64,000 nucleotides of DNA from Alphaproteobacteria bacterium (GTDB lineage Bacteria > Pseudomonadota > Alphaproteobacteria > UBA828). Shown piece after piece: positions 19,894 through 29,288 of this stretch. The DNA is taken from the NCBI GenBank assembly GCA_965214705.1, contig OZ243972.1:3136001-3200000 (forward strand). Direction: 5' to 3'. Positions within the stretch are counted from its first letter, which is position 1. Each line of letters begins with the position of its first letter. The translations under genes were made by a program, and so were the position numbers. The notes beneath the pieces are model-generated. The model did no database searches. It was not told where the DNA came from and was given only the letters and a program-made list of their open reading frames with translations.

Positions 19894-21135
19894 TCACGGT
19901 TTCCCCCTGTGGGTCGGCGGCAGCGCCGGCGGGCCGCGCGTCGAGCGGGGCTCATGGCGGCGGCGGATTTCGCGGACGAGGCGCATGACGCCGCCGCAGT
20001 GGGGGCAGGCCACGGGCGCGGTGCCGATCTCGGGCTCTTCGTCGGGCTCGGCCCGAGCGCCGTCCACGCTTCCCTCGGGGGCGGCGCAGCCGAGGGCGCC
20101 GAGAGCCTGGCGTGCTCTCTCCAGCGTGCTGGCGCGGCAGCCGTTGGCGAGGATGCCGAAGTAGCGAATGCGGTGCATGCCGTCCGGCAGGACGTGCCTC
20201 AGGAAGCGGCGGATGAACTCGTCGGCGCTCACGGTGGCGATGCCGTAGCGCGGCTTTCTCTGCCCCGGCGCCTTGGGCTTTCGGTGGCGGAAGGAGACCG
20301 TCTCGCCGTCGAAGGAGACGATGCGGCTGTCGGAGATGGCGATCCTGTGCGTGTAGTGCGAGAGGTACCGGAAGACCTGCTCAGGCCCGCGGAAGGGCCG
20401 CTTGGCGTAGACCACCCAGTCCCTGGCCCGGGCGGCGGCAAGCGTGGCGTGGAACTCGCCGGGATTGGCGAGGTGGGCGACGGTGCCGTGGAACTCCAGG
20501 TCCCCCCGGCCGTGGGCGCGGGCGAGCTCCTCGAGGAAGAGGCGGCGGAACAGGCTGCCGAGGACCTTGACGGGGGCGAGGAAGGTGGTGCTCCCCGTCT
20601 TCCACTCGCCACTGTCTACGTCGAAGCCCGCGTTGGGCACGACCACGTGCAGGTGCGGGTGGAAGCGGAGCTTCTGATCCCAGGTATGGAGGACCGCGGT
20701 GCCGCCGATGCGCATGCCGCCGTGGCGGGGATCGGCGGCGATGGTGCGCAGGGTCTCGGCGACGGCCCGGAAGAGGATGTCGAACACCACCCTGCGGTTG
20801 CAGAAGGCAATGGCGGCAACCTCCTTGGGCAGGGTGAAGACCACATGGAAGTAGGGCACCGGCAGGATGTCCCCGGCGCGCTCCTCGCTCCAGAGGTTGG
20901 CGGCGAGACCCTGGCAGGTGGGGCAGTGGCGGTTGCGGCAGGAGTTGAAGAGCGGATGCTCGCGCCCGCAGCCCTCGCAGGCGTACATGTGGCCGCCGAG
21001 CACGGCGGTGCGGCACGCCTCGATGGCGCCCATGACCTTGAGCCGGGCGGCGTCGATGCGCCCTTTGTGGCGCTCACGGAAAGCGGCGCCGGCGCGGCGG
21101 AAGATCTCCGCCACGCCCGCGCGTTCGGCCTCCAC
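19894..21135 (-). CDS. IS91-family transposase
   Basis: Near-identical to copy 1 (two substitutions seen). Confidence 0.93.
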   Translation of the reverse strand: MEAERAGVAEIFRRAGAAFRERHKGRIDAARLKVMGAIEACRTAVLGGHMYACEGCGREHPLFNSCRNRHCPTCQGLAANLWSEERAGDILPVPYFHVVFTLPKEVAAIAFCNRRVVFDILFRAVAETLRTIAADPRHGGMRIGGTAVLHTWDQKLRFHPHLHVVVPNAGFDVDSGEWKTGSTTFLAPVKVLGSLFRRLFLEELARAHGRGDLEFHGTVAHLANPGEFHATLAAARARDWVVYAKRPFRGPEQVFRYLSHYTHRIAISDSRIVSFDGETVSFRHRKPKAPGQRKPRYGIATVSADEFIRRFLRHVLPDGMHRIRYFGILANGCRASTLERARQALGALGCAAPEGSVDGARAEPDEEPEIGTAPVACPHCGGVMRLVREIRRRHEPRSTRGPPALPPTHRGKP

Positions 21136-21141
21136 GCGCCG

Positions 21142-22020
21142 TCAGTTGCGCAACGCTGCGAAGCCTGAGATCGGGTGGTCGAGGCCCTCGAACATCTTGC
21201 CGGTGACGCGGGCGTAGTGACGGGTCGTGTTCGCGCTTCGATGGCCGAGCATGTCCCGGATCACCTCGATATCGCCGCCGCGCTCGAGGAGATGGGTCGC
21301 CGCCGAATGGCGCAGGCAATGGAAGGTGTAGCTGCGGTCGAGCTCGGCAATGTCGCGCGCCCTCCTGAAGGCGGCCTGCAAGGTCTCCGTTGCGATGGGC
21401 CTGTCGAGCGAGACGCCGTAGAAGAGCCAGCTCGTCGGACGCGGCCAGATGTTCCTGTAGTAGACGCGCAAGTAGTGGATGACGATGTCCGGCAACGGTG
21501 CCATTCTCTCGGTGCCGCCTTTGCCGGAGGGGATGTGCAGCAGCTTCTTCTCCGACAGGATGTCGCCGACCTTGATGGCCAAGGTCTCGGAGATGCGGAG
21601 CCCGCCGCCATAGCCGGTGACAATGGCAGCACGGTGGCGGAGGTCGGGTGTCGCAAGGATGAGGTGCTCGACCTCCTGCTCCGACATGTAGCGCGGCAGC
21701 TTGCCGGGCTTCTTGCGGGAGCGCAGGCCGGCGACATGGTCAGGCCAGCCGAGTGTGTCGATGTAGAGGAAGTTCAGCGCGGCGAAGGAGACGTTGGTCG
21801 TGCCCGGACTGAGCCCCTTGTCGATCCGCCCCAGGTACCACTGGCGCACCTGCTCGGCGTCGAGCTCGTCCGGCGAGGCGTCGTAGTACCTGGCCAGGTT
21901 CTTGATCTCGCAGATGTAGGCCTTGGACGTGCTCGCGGCCAGATTGGCGATGCGGAGCTGCTCCTCCATGCGCTGGCGAAGAGGGGTGACGGTGTTCGTG
22001 TCGCACGCGGTCCCGGTCAT
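21142..22020 (-). CDS. Tyrosine recombinase of the IS91-like element
   Basis: As copy 1, with PTSW instead of PTNW. Confidence 0.92.
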   Translation of the reverse strand: MTGTACDTNTVTPLRQRMEEQLRIANLAASTSKAYICEIKNLARYYDASPDELDAEQVRQWYLGRIDKGLSPGTTNVSFAALNFLYIDTLGWPDHVAGLRSRKKPGKLPRYMSEQEVEHLILATPDLRHRAAIVTGYGGGLRISETLAIKVGDILSEKKLLHIPSGKGGTERMAPLPDIVIHYLRVYYRNIWPRPTSWLFYGVSLDRPIATETLQAAFRRARDIAELDRSYTFHCLRHSAATHLLERGGDIEVIRDMLGHRSANTTRHYARVTGKMFEGLDHPISGFAALRN

Positions 22021-23161
22021 TATCGATCTCCCTGGATCGCGACGGCGCGCCGCCGGACCGATCCGGCGACGGTCCGTCGCAGGGGTCGATACTAACCACT
22101 GGTGATCGGGAGGCTGCTGGGGATCCGCCACCCGACGGGCGGAGCGCCACTGACGCAACCGGGAAGCGAACGCACAGAACAAACGGCACCCGCGACGCCT
22201 CGGAAATGAATGAACTCTACGCCGCTAACTCCGCGTAGCGGCTTCGTTCAAGGTACTCAGAAGGCGCGCCGTCTCTTCGGGCAGCCGTTACGGTAATCAT
22301 GACGATAGGCCAAGCGGTCTCGTCCACGATCTGCCATCTGCCTCGGTAGACACCCTCTTGGAACCGAGCGCTCGCCACATGTTGGCGAAGGGCGCGTTCA
22401 TCTGGGGGTATAGAAACTATATCCACACCCTAGCCCTCGAAGCGTTCCCTCGGAACAAGATCCAAGCATACGGAGCAATCGTCATCCGCGTAAAAGCCGA
22501 TGTGATCTGCTTGGTCGAGTTCGGTCTCCGTTCCGCAGATCGCGAACAAGTGCTTGGCAGCTTCACTGTCAGTCAGCTTGAAGCCTTCAGGGCTTGCAGC
22601 CCACTTGAGGATGAAGTCAACACTAGTCGGCGGGGAGAATGATCCCTCTATCGAATCGCCGCCAAAGCGAACTTTGACAAGAACTGCCTTGCGACCACAC
22701 CTGCTTCTGTCAACGTTTTCTCAGGATCAAGCGGTTCCTTACCATCCTCTAGCCAGACCAGAGCTTCCTCGTCCAGGCACTCTTTCGCGAAGTCACCGAC
22801 TTTCATGTCGGGATCGACCTTTACGAAGCCTGTCTCAGTGGCTCGCTGGTGAAGGTTAAGGGTTGGGCAGGCTCTCTCTCGAGAGCCTGCCCAACCCTTT
22901 TGAACGAAGCCGCGGGCCACGAGAGGCGAAGTTGAGCTATGTGGAAAGTGCGCTGATGTCAGCGTCAGGCGGCATCCACCGGCAGCAGAGTTGCGCATAA
23001 AATCGACGCTCGCGCCGGTCTTTCGGCAGGCATGCGGGCGCACGCTGCGAGGACTGAGCGGGGTGTGAGCCGAGGGCTGTCAGCCCGGCTCAAGCGGAGA
23101 CAGGTTCGGTCGTGCGTCGGCGCTTTGGCGCCGTTGCGCGGGGCCGAAGCGAGCGGGCGTC

Positions 23162-24403
23162 TCACGGTTTCCCCCTGTGGGTCGGCGGCAGCGCCGGCGG
23201 GCCGCGCGTCGAGCGGGGCTCATGGCGGCGGCGGATTTCGCGGACGAGGCGCATGACGCCGCCGCAGTGGGGGCAGGCCACGGGCGCGGTGCCGATCTCG
23301 GGCTCTTCGTCGGGCTCGGCCCGAGCGCCGTCCACGCTTCCCTCGGGGGCGGCGCAGCCGAGGGCGCCGAGAGCCTGGCGTGCTCTCTCCAGCGTGCTGG
23401 CGCGGCAGCCGTTGGCGAGGATGCCGAAGTAGCGAATGCGGTGCATGCCGTCCGGCAGGACGTGCCTCAGGAAGCGGCGGATGAACTCGTCGGCGCTCAC
23501 GGTGGCGATGCCGTAGCGCGGCTTTCTCTGCCCCGGCGCCTTGGGCTTTCGGTGGCGGAAGGAGACCGTCTCGCCGTCGAAGGAGACGATGCGGCTGTCG
23601 GAGATGGCGATCCTGTGCGTGTAGTGCGAGAGGTACCGGAAGACCTGCTCAGGCCCGCGGAAGGGCCGCTTGGCGTAGACCACCCAGTCCCTGGCCCGGG
23701 CGGCGGCAAGCGTGGCGTGGAACTCGCCGGGATTGGCGAGGTGGGCGACGGTGCCGTGGAACTCCAGGTCCCCCCGGCCGTGGGCGCGGGCGAGCTCCTC
23801 GAGGAAGAGGCGGCGGAACAGGCTGCCGAGGACCTTGACGGGGGCGAGGAAGGTGGTGCTCCCCGTCTTCCACTCGCCACTGTCTACGTCGAAGCCCGCG
23901 TTGGGCACGACCACGTGCAGGTGCGGGTGGAAGCGGAGCTTCTGATCCCAGGTATGGAGGACCGCGGTGCCGCCGATGCGCATGCCGCCGTGGCGGGGAT
24001 CGGCGGCGATGGTGCGCAGGGTCTCGGCGACGGCCCGGAAGAGGATGTCGAACACCACCCTGCGGTTGCAGAAGGCAATGGCGGCAACCTCCTTGGGCAG
24101 GGTGAAGACCACATGGAAGTAGGGCACCGGCAGGATGTCCCCGGCGCGCTCCTCGCTCCAGAGGTTGGCGGCGAGACCCTGGCAGGTGGGGCAGTGGCGG
24201 TTGCGGCAGGAGTTGAAGAGCGGATGCTCGCGCCCGCAGCCCTCGCAGGCGTACATGTGGCCGCCGAGCACGGCGGTGCGGCACGCCTCGATGGCGCCCA
24301 TGACCTTGAGCCGGGCGGCGTCGATGCGCCCTTTGTGGCGCTCACGGAAAGCGGCGCCGGCGCGGCGGAAGATCTCCGCCACGCCCGCGCGTTCGGCCTC
24401 CAC
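23162..24403 (-). CDS. IS91-family transposase
   Basis: Same translation as copy 2. Confidence 0.93.
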   Translation of the reverse strand: MEAERAGVAEIFRRAGAAFRERHKGRIDAARLKVMGAIEACRTAVLGGHMYACEGCGREHPLFNSCRNRHCPTCQGLAANLWSEERAGDILPVPYFHVVFTLPKEVAAIAFCNRRVVFDILFRAVAETLRTIAADPRHGGMRIGGTAVLHTWDQKLRFHPHLHVVVPNAGFDVDSGEWKTGSTTFLAPVKVLGSLFRRLFLEELARAHGRGDLEFHGTVAHLANPGEFHATLAAARARDWVVYAKRPFRGPEQVFRYLSHYTHRIAISDSRIVSFDGETVSFRHRKPKAPGQRKPRYGIATVSADEFIRRFLRHVLPDGMHRIRYFGILANGCRASTLERARQALGALGCAAPEGSVDGARAEPDEEPEIGTAPVACPHCGGVMRLVREIRRRHEPRSTRGPPALPPTHRGKP

Positions 24404-24409
24404 GCGCCG

Positions 24410-25288
24410 TCAGTTGCGCAACGCTGCGAAGCCTGAGATCGGGTGGTCGAGGCCCTCGAACATCTTGCCGGTGACGCGGGCGTAGTGACGGGTCGTGTTC
24501 GCGCTTCGATGGCCGAGCATGTCCCGGATCACCTCGATATCGCCGCCGCGCTCGAGGAGATGGGTCGCCGCCGAATGGCGCAGGCAATGGAAGGTGTAGC
24601 TGCGGTCGAGCTCGGCAATGTCGCGCGCCCTCCTGAAGGCGGCCTGCAAGGTCTCCGTTGCGATGGGCCTGTCGAGCGAGACGCCGTAGAAGAGCCAGTT
24701 CGTCGGACGCGGCCAGATGTTCCTGTAGTAGACGCGCAAGTAGTGGATGACGATGTCCGGCAACGGTGCCATTCTCTCGGTGCCGCCTTTGCCGGAGGGG
24801 ATGTGCAGCAGCTTCTTCTCCGACAGGATGTCGCCGACCTTGATGGCCAAGGTCTCGGAGATGCGGAGCCCGCCGCCATAGCCGGTGACAATGGCAGCAC
24901 GGTGGCGGAGGTCGGGTGTCGCAAGGATGAGGTGCTCGACCTCCTGCTCCGACATGTAGCGCGGCAGCTTGCCGGGCTTCTTGCGGGAGCGCAGGCCGGC
25001 GACATGGTCAGGCCAGCCGAGTGTGTCGATGTAGAGGAAGTTCAGCGCGGCGAAGGAGACGTTGGTCGTGCCCGGACTGAGCCCCTTGTCGATCCGCCCC
25101 AGGTACCACTGGCGCACCTGCTCGGCGTCGAGCTCGTCCGGCGAGGCGTCGTAGTACCTGGCCAGGTTCTTGATCTCGCAGATGTAGGCCTTGGACGTGC
25201 TCGCGGCCAGATTGGCGATGCGGAGCTGCTCCTCCATGCGCTGGCGAAGAGGGGTGACGGTGTTCGTGTCGCACGCGGTCCCGGTCAT
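24410..25288 (-). CDS. Tyrosine recombinase of the IS91-like element
   Basis: As copy 1. Confidence 0.92.
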   Translation of the reverse strand: MTGTACDTNTVTPLRQRMEEQLRIANLAASTSKAYICEIKNLARYYDASPDELDAEQVRQWYLGRIDKGLSPGTTNVSFAALNFLYIDTLGWPDHVAGLRSRKKPGKLPRYMSEQEVEHLILATPDLRHRAAIVTGYGGGLRISETLAIKVGDILSEKKLLHIPSGKGGTERMAPLPDIVIHYLRVYYRNIWPRPTNWLFYGVSLDRPIATETLQAAFRRARDIAELDRSYTFHCLRHSAATHLLERGGDIEVIRDMLGHRSANTTRHYARVTGKMFEGLDHPISGFAALRN

Positions 25289-25597
25289 TATCGATCTCCC
25301 TGGATCGCGACGGCGCGCCGCCGGACCGATCCGGCGACGGTCCGTCGCAGGGGTCGATACTAACCACTGGTGATCGGGAGGCTGCTGGGGATCCGCCACC
25401 CGACGGGCGGAGCGCCACTGACGCAACCGGGAAGCGAACGCACAGAACAAACGGCACCCGCGACGCCTCGGAAATGAATGAACTCTACGCCGCTAACTCC
25501 GCGTAGCGGCTTCGTTCAAGAAAGATCTCCATCATACGTTCTCCTTGCACTCACGCCGCGGTGGACGAGCTTGCGCTGCAGCCCACCATGATGTAGC

Positions 25598-25660
25598 ATT
25601 TGCAAATCCGACGTTTGATTCGACAAGGGCAATATTGCACATGCGAGGGACAATTGCAAG
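25598..25660. promoter_or_regulatory. Candidate operators in the divergent promoter between the Ubl operon and the XRE gene
   Basis: Palindromes ATTTGCAAAT (25598-25607), GCAATATTGC (25629-25638) and CAATTG (25651-25656); repeated GCAA/TTGC half-sites. Confidence 0.45.
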
Positions 25661-26057
25661 AGGGCAATTCTCAAAGGCCGATCAAGTTGGGCAAAGCAGA
25701 GCGTCGCGCACGCAACGCTTTGATGCAGAGGCTTTTTTCTCGGCCCTTGATGCGGAGCGCAGGAGTCGACGGCAGACTTGGAAGGGGGTTGCAGAAGAGG
25801 CCCGGGTCAGCGCCTCCACCCTCACGCGCATGGCGCAAGGCAGGCGGCCGGACGTAGACAGTATGGCGGCCCTGATAGCATGGTCCGGTTTGAGCGCAGA
25901 CGCGTTCGTGAGGGACATCCGAGCAACGCCCGGACCCAGTTCCTTATCAGTGATCTCAACGTCCTTGAAGAGAGACCCTCACCTAACTCCGGAAGCCGCT
26001 GAAGCCCTCGACGAGTTGATGAAGGCAACTTACGAGCGGATGCGGAGCAAGAACTAA
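25641..26057 (+). CDS. XRE-family HTH regulator (CapH-like position)
   Basis: LDAERRSRRQTWKGVAEEARVSASTLTRMAQGRRPD; start uncertain. Confidence 0.82.
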   Translation: MRGTIARGQFSKADQVGQSRASRTQRFDAEAFFSALDAERRSRRQTWKGVAEEARVSASTLTRMAQGRRPDVDSMAALIAWSGLSADAFVRDIRATPGPSSLSVISTSLKRDPHLTPEAAEALDELMKATYERMRSKN

Positions 26058-26631
26058 CTTCTCGAGTCAAGGGGTCTCAAGCACGAAATTCGGTGACGAG
26101 GACATGGAAGGCCTGTCGTCGTCTGGGGATTGAATCGATCCGATTACGGCACGATGACAGGCGTCCCGCGTATTTCGCCGGGCCAATCGAAGAATCAAGG
26201 AATTCCGCCGGGTTGCGCGCCCCCTCGCCGCGTCGGGCCGCGATTCTGACGAAATGAGGGCAAGTGGTGACTTTCCTAGATCGCGACCTGCGATCGGAGA
26301 GCGGGAGCGGCGTGTAATGTTGGTTTCTCCCGGGGTCGGGTTCGGGATCAAGGTGTCGACCAAGCAGCGGCCGATGCGCGAAGCCTAAGGTGAGCGATCT
26401 CGAGGCGTGTCGCGGTATCTCCGGGCGTCGTGGCCTGGTTCCTGCCCAGGAGCGGTGACATCCGCCTGAAGAACCGCCCCGAGGACGGCCTGCGCGCGAC
26501 GGTCGCGCTTCCGGGAACGGACCGGCCGTGAGTGGGCGCCGGCGATCGGCGGCACCAGACATACTCTGAATAGCTCCCGGTGCGGACTCGGCTTCGCGGG
26601 CCCCGCGCTACCCTTCCGTCCACGGCACGAG

Positions 26632-27048
26632 TTAGCCGACGCCGCGCTTGTTGAGGATCCAGGCCGGCCGGGCCGGGTCGTCGCCGAGCTTGCGCTGCAG
26701 CTGCTTGACGAAGGTGCGGACCCGGTCCGCGTCGCGCCCGTCCGGCTCGCTCCACAGCCGGCGGATCAGCGACTCGTAGGTCGAGACCCGCACAGCGTTC
26801 TGCGTGAACAAGCGCAGGAACTCGTATCCGGTGGCGGTCAGCCGCACCGGAAGCCCGCCCGTGGCGACCCGCCGCGCCTCGTAGTCGACGGCGAGGTCGC
26901 CGAGCGCGAAGGCCTCCGGTCCGGCCCGTTTGCGAAGCGCCGCCTGGATTCGCGCCGTGAGCTCGGTCGCAGAGAGGGGCTTGACCTGGTAGTCGACGGC
27001 ACCTCGCTCCAGTGCCCTGGCAATGGTCTCGTCGCGTCCGTAGGCGGA
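26632..27048 (-). pseudogene. OmpR/KdpE-type response regulator fragment
   Basis: SAYGRDETIARALERGAVDY..KP....ELTARI...VRLTATGYEFL...VRTFVKQLQRKLGDD...RGVG*; truncated at the 5' end, premature stop. Confidence 0.75.
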
Positions 27049-27060
27049 GTTAGCAATCTG

Positions 27061-27843
27061 TTGCTCAAAGTCGAATGTGGCGGCGCGGCGGTCCAAATTC
27101 GTCTCGGGAACGTGGCGCGGTTCCCCGACGATAGCACGCGCGTCGCCACGCTCGCGATGCACAATGGCGGCGTCATCGCCCTGCCGCCGCCGAGGGGGCG
27201 CAAGTACCGGCCCAGACCGATTGTCTTCGGTCTTGAGACCGAGCCGCCGCTGTTCCCCGCACCGACGAGCCTCGACGAGGCGCGCCCGCTGGACATGCGC
27301 ATCGTCGCGAGAGGCACCCGCGAGGGCAGGCTGTGGAACGAGTTCGTCGCCCGTTACCACTACCTCGGATACAGGACCCTCGTCGGCGCCCAGATGCGCT
27401 GCGCCGTCCACGACCGCAACGGCTAGCCGCTCGCCATGCTCGGCTTCTCCACCGCCGCCTGGAAGCTCGCCCCGCGCGACAGCTTCATCGGATGGACGCC
27501 CAAGATGCGCGAGAAGAACCTCCCGCTGGTGGTCGACAACCCGCGCTTCCTGATCCCGCCCTGGATCCAGATCCCCAACCTTGGATCGCACATCCTTGCC
27601 ATCGTGCGCCGTCGCCTGCTCGGGGACTGGACCGAGCGCTACAACACCACGCCCGTGCTCATCAAGACCTTCGTCGAGACCCCGCGCTTCACCGGCGCGC
27701 TCTACAAGGCGTCAGGCTGGAACTACGTCGGAACCACCCAGGGCCGCGGGCGCTACGGCAGGCACACCAAGCGGGACCAGCCGAAGAAAGACATCTGGCT
27801 CCGGCCGCTCCGAAAAGACTGGAAGCGAACTCTCAACCGATGA
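27061..27843 (+). pseudogene. DUF4338 (DruA-like) protein with an in-frame TAG at 27424-27426
   Basis: WNEFVARYHYLGY...*...AAWKLAPRDSFIGW...VVDNPRFLI...TFVETPRFTGALYKASGW. Confidence 0.78.
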
Positions 27844-28146
27844 CATCATGCCCGCCCATCACGGCTTGACCGAACGCATTCCCCCGGCGACGGAACGCTC
27901 ACCCGCACAGAGTTCGACCTGTGTGTTGACTCGGTGTTTGCAGTGTAGTGTATGATGCTACATGCGGAAGGAGTGTGATTGGTAACTGAATGATCTTACT
28001 TATTAAATGCACGTCATCAACCAAGCCAAGAAGTAGCACCGATAGGCGCGTAGGCAAGCGAGTGGAACGAGCGCCCGCCGTCGAGGGAAATGAAAAAGCT
28101 CGCGCCCGGCGCCTGAGGGAAATGAAAAAAGGGACGAGCGTCTGGC

Positions 28147-29190
28147 CTAACCGTAGATCGGGCGCAGCTGCTCGGCCATCGTCGCGAGCGGCTCGGGCGC
28201 GACGATGACGCCGTCTTCGAGGATCTGCTGCCCTTCGATCCACATCGACTGCATCGAGATCACGCAGTCGGGATGGTTCTCGCCACCGCCAGGCACCCAG
28301 AACGGCAGCCCGAGCCCGATGGCGTTGTAGCCTGCCACGCGCTGGTCCTCGATGAAGCACTTGCCGGTGTAGCGCGCCGCCGGATGAAAGCCGCAGGTGA
28401 AATGGACGACGTAGCCGAACTCGCCGTTTCCGGCCCGCGTCAGGGCGCGGCGCATGACCTTGTTCTCCGGCCCGCCGCCGATGACCTCCCTGACCTTGCC
28501 GTCGATCTTCAGCGTCATCGGCTCGGCAAGCTCGGTGTAGTACTCGTGGAACATGTTGCTGGTGACGACCGAGCCCACGACCGACTCCAGCTCCGGCAGG
28601 ATCATCACGGTGCCGGGCACGAAATAGCCGCCTGGCTCGGTCGCGCGGGCGAAGGCGAACCCTTCCGGCTTGCCCAGCGTGAAGCCGACATCGGTGCCGT
28701 GCGCATTGGTGATGCGGCACTCCTTGCCGGCGGATTGGGCGATCAACTCTCCGAATGCGTCGCCGAGCGCGAACATGCCGTCGAGATCGGCGCCACCCAT
28801 GAGGCGCACCATCTCGTCGGCGCCGACGTCGGCACCGAGGAAGTAGCGAACGCGGTTCTTCTCCATCGCGTCATCGAAGGCCTTGGAGCCGGCCAGGTAG
28901 GGCATGCAGAGATCGATCCAGACGTCGCACGCGCCCGCGGCCGCCTTGACGTGATCCGGCAGATACTCGTCCGCCAGCCCGCCCTGGAAGGGCACCGGCG
29001 GCGCCAGCGTGATCGAGGCGACCTTCGCGCCGAGCCGGTAGGCGGCATCCTGGATCGCCTGGACGCCGACGACATCGGTCCCCGTGTCGGTCGTGATGAG
29101 GACGCTCTCGCCTGCCTCGATGCACATCATGTCCCGCGTGAGGACATCGGCGGCGCGCGCCAGCTTCGGTCCGATCCCTGCATCGGGCAT
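28147..29190 (-). CDS. M29/leucyl-aminopeptidase-like protein (NicX-like)
   Basis: GESVLITTD, DVWID, ITNAHGTDV, VHFTCGFHP, NHPDCVI; start trimmed to MPDAGIG. Confidence 0.65.
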   Translation of the reverse strand: MPDAGIGPKLARAADVLTRDMMCIEAGESVLITTDTGTDVVGVQAIQDAAYRLGAKVASITLAPPVPFQGGLADEYLPDHVKAAAGACDVWIDLCMPYLAGSKAFDDAMEKNRVRYFLGADVGADEMVRLMGGADLDGMFALGDAFGELIAQSAGKECRITNAHGTDVGFTLGKPEGFAFARATEPGGYFVPGTVMILPELESVVGSVVTSNMFHEYYTELAEPMTLKIDGKVREVIGGGPENKVMRRALTRAGNGEFGYVVHFTCGFHPAARYTGKCFIEDQRVAGYNAIGLGLPFWVPGGGENHPDCVISMQSMWIEGQQILEDGVIVAPEPLATMAEQLRPIYG

Positions 29191-29288
29191 GGCTCTTACC
29201 CTCGATCTGGAGGTTGAGGCTCCGCAGGCCCCAACGAGTGTCTGCTGGCCGGCAGTATACCGTAGTGGGAATTCCTGGCTCACCTTAA

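Larger units (their letters stand above)
19586..22251 (-). mobile_element. IS91-like element, copy 2
   Basis: 2666 bp, same ends; inserted in the E2 gene. Confidence 0.92.
19280..22426 (-). pseudogene. E2-like (UBC-fold) protein, BilB-like, split by IS91-like copy 2
   Basis: N-part MDIVSIPPDERALRQHVASARFQEG...WPIVMITVTAARRDGAPSEY (22426-22253) and C-part LRFDLSGYPESAPTATPW...ALYAPFDR...GHPNW...LNNDDYTGI (19582-19280). GYP-x-x-P is UBC-like. Confidence 0.8.
22854..25519 (-). mobile_element. IS91-like element, copy 3
   Basis: 2666 bp; inserted in codon 6 of the Ubl gene. Confidence 0.92.
22430..25535 (-). pseudogene. Ubiquitin-like protein (probably two beta-grasp domains), BilA-like; split by IS91-like copy 3 and frameshifted
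   Basis: RBS AAGGAG, then MMEIF|LHQRATETGFVKVDPDMKVGDF...LDPEKTLTEAGV. A second frame from about 22698 reads RKAVLVKVRFGG..FSPPTSVDFILKWA...DHIGFY..CLDLVPRERFEG* with a C-terminal Gly. Confidence 0.78.

Noticed and set aside
9612-27843. Druantia defence system from two DUF4338 domains
   Set aside because: One lies inside an IS and the other is a pseudogene; no DruE helicase or other Dru genes are present.
28083-28130. Direct repeat GAGGGAAATGAAAAA twice
   Set aside because: Only two copies in an intergenic region, with no supportable function.
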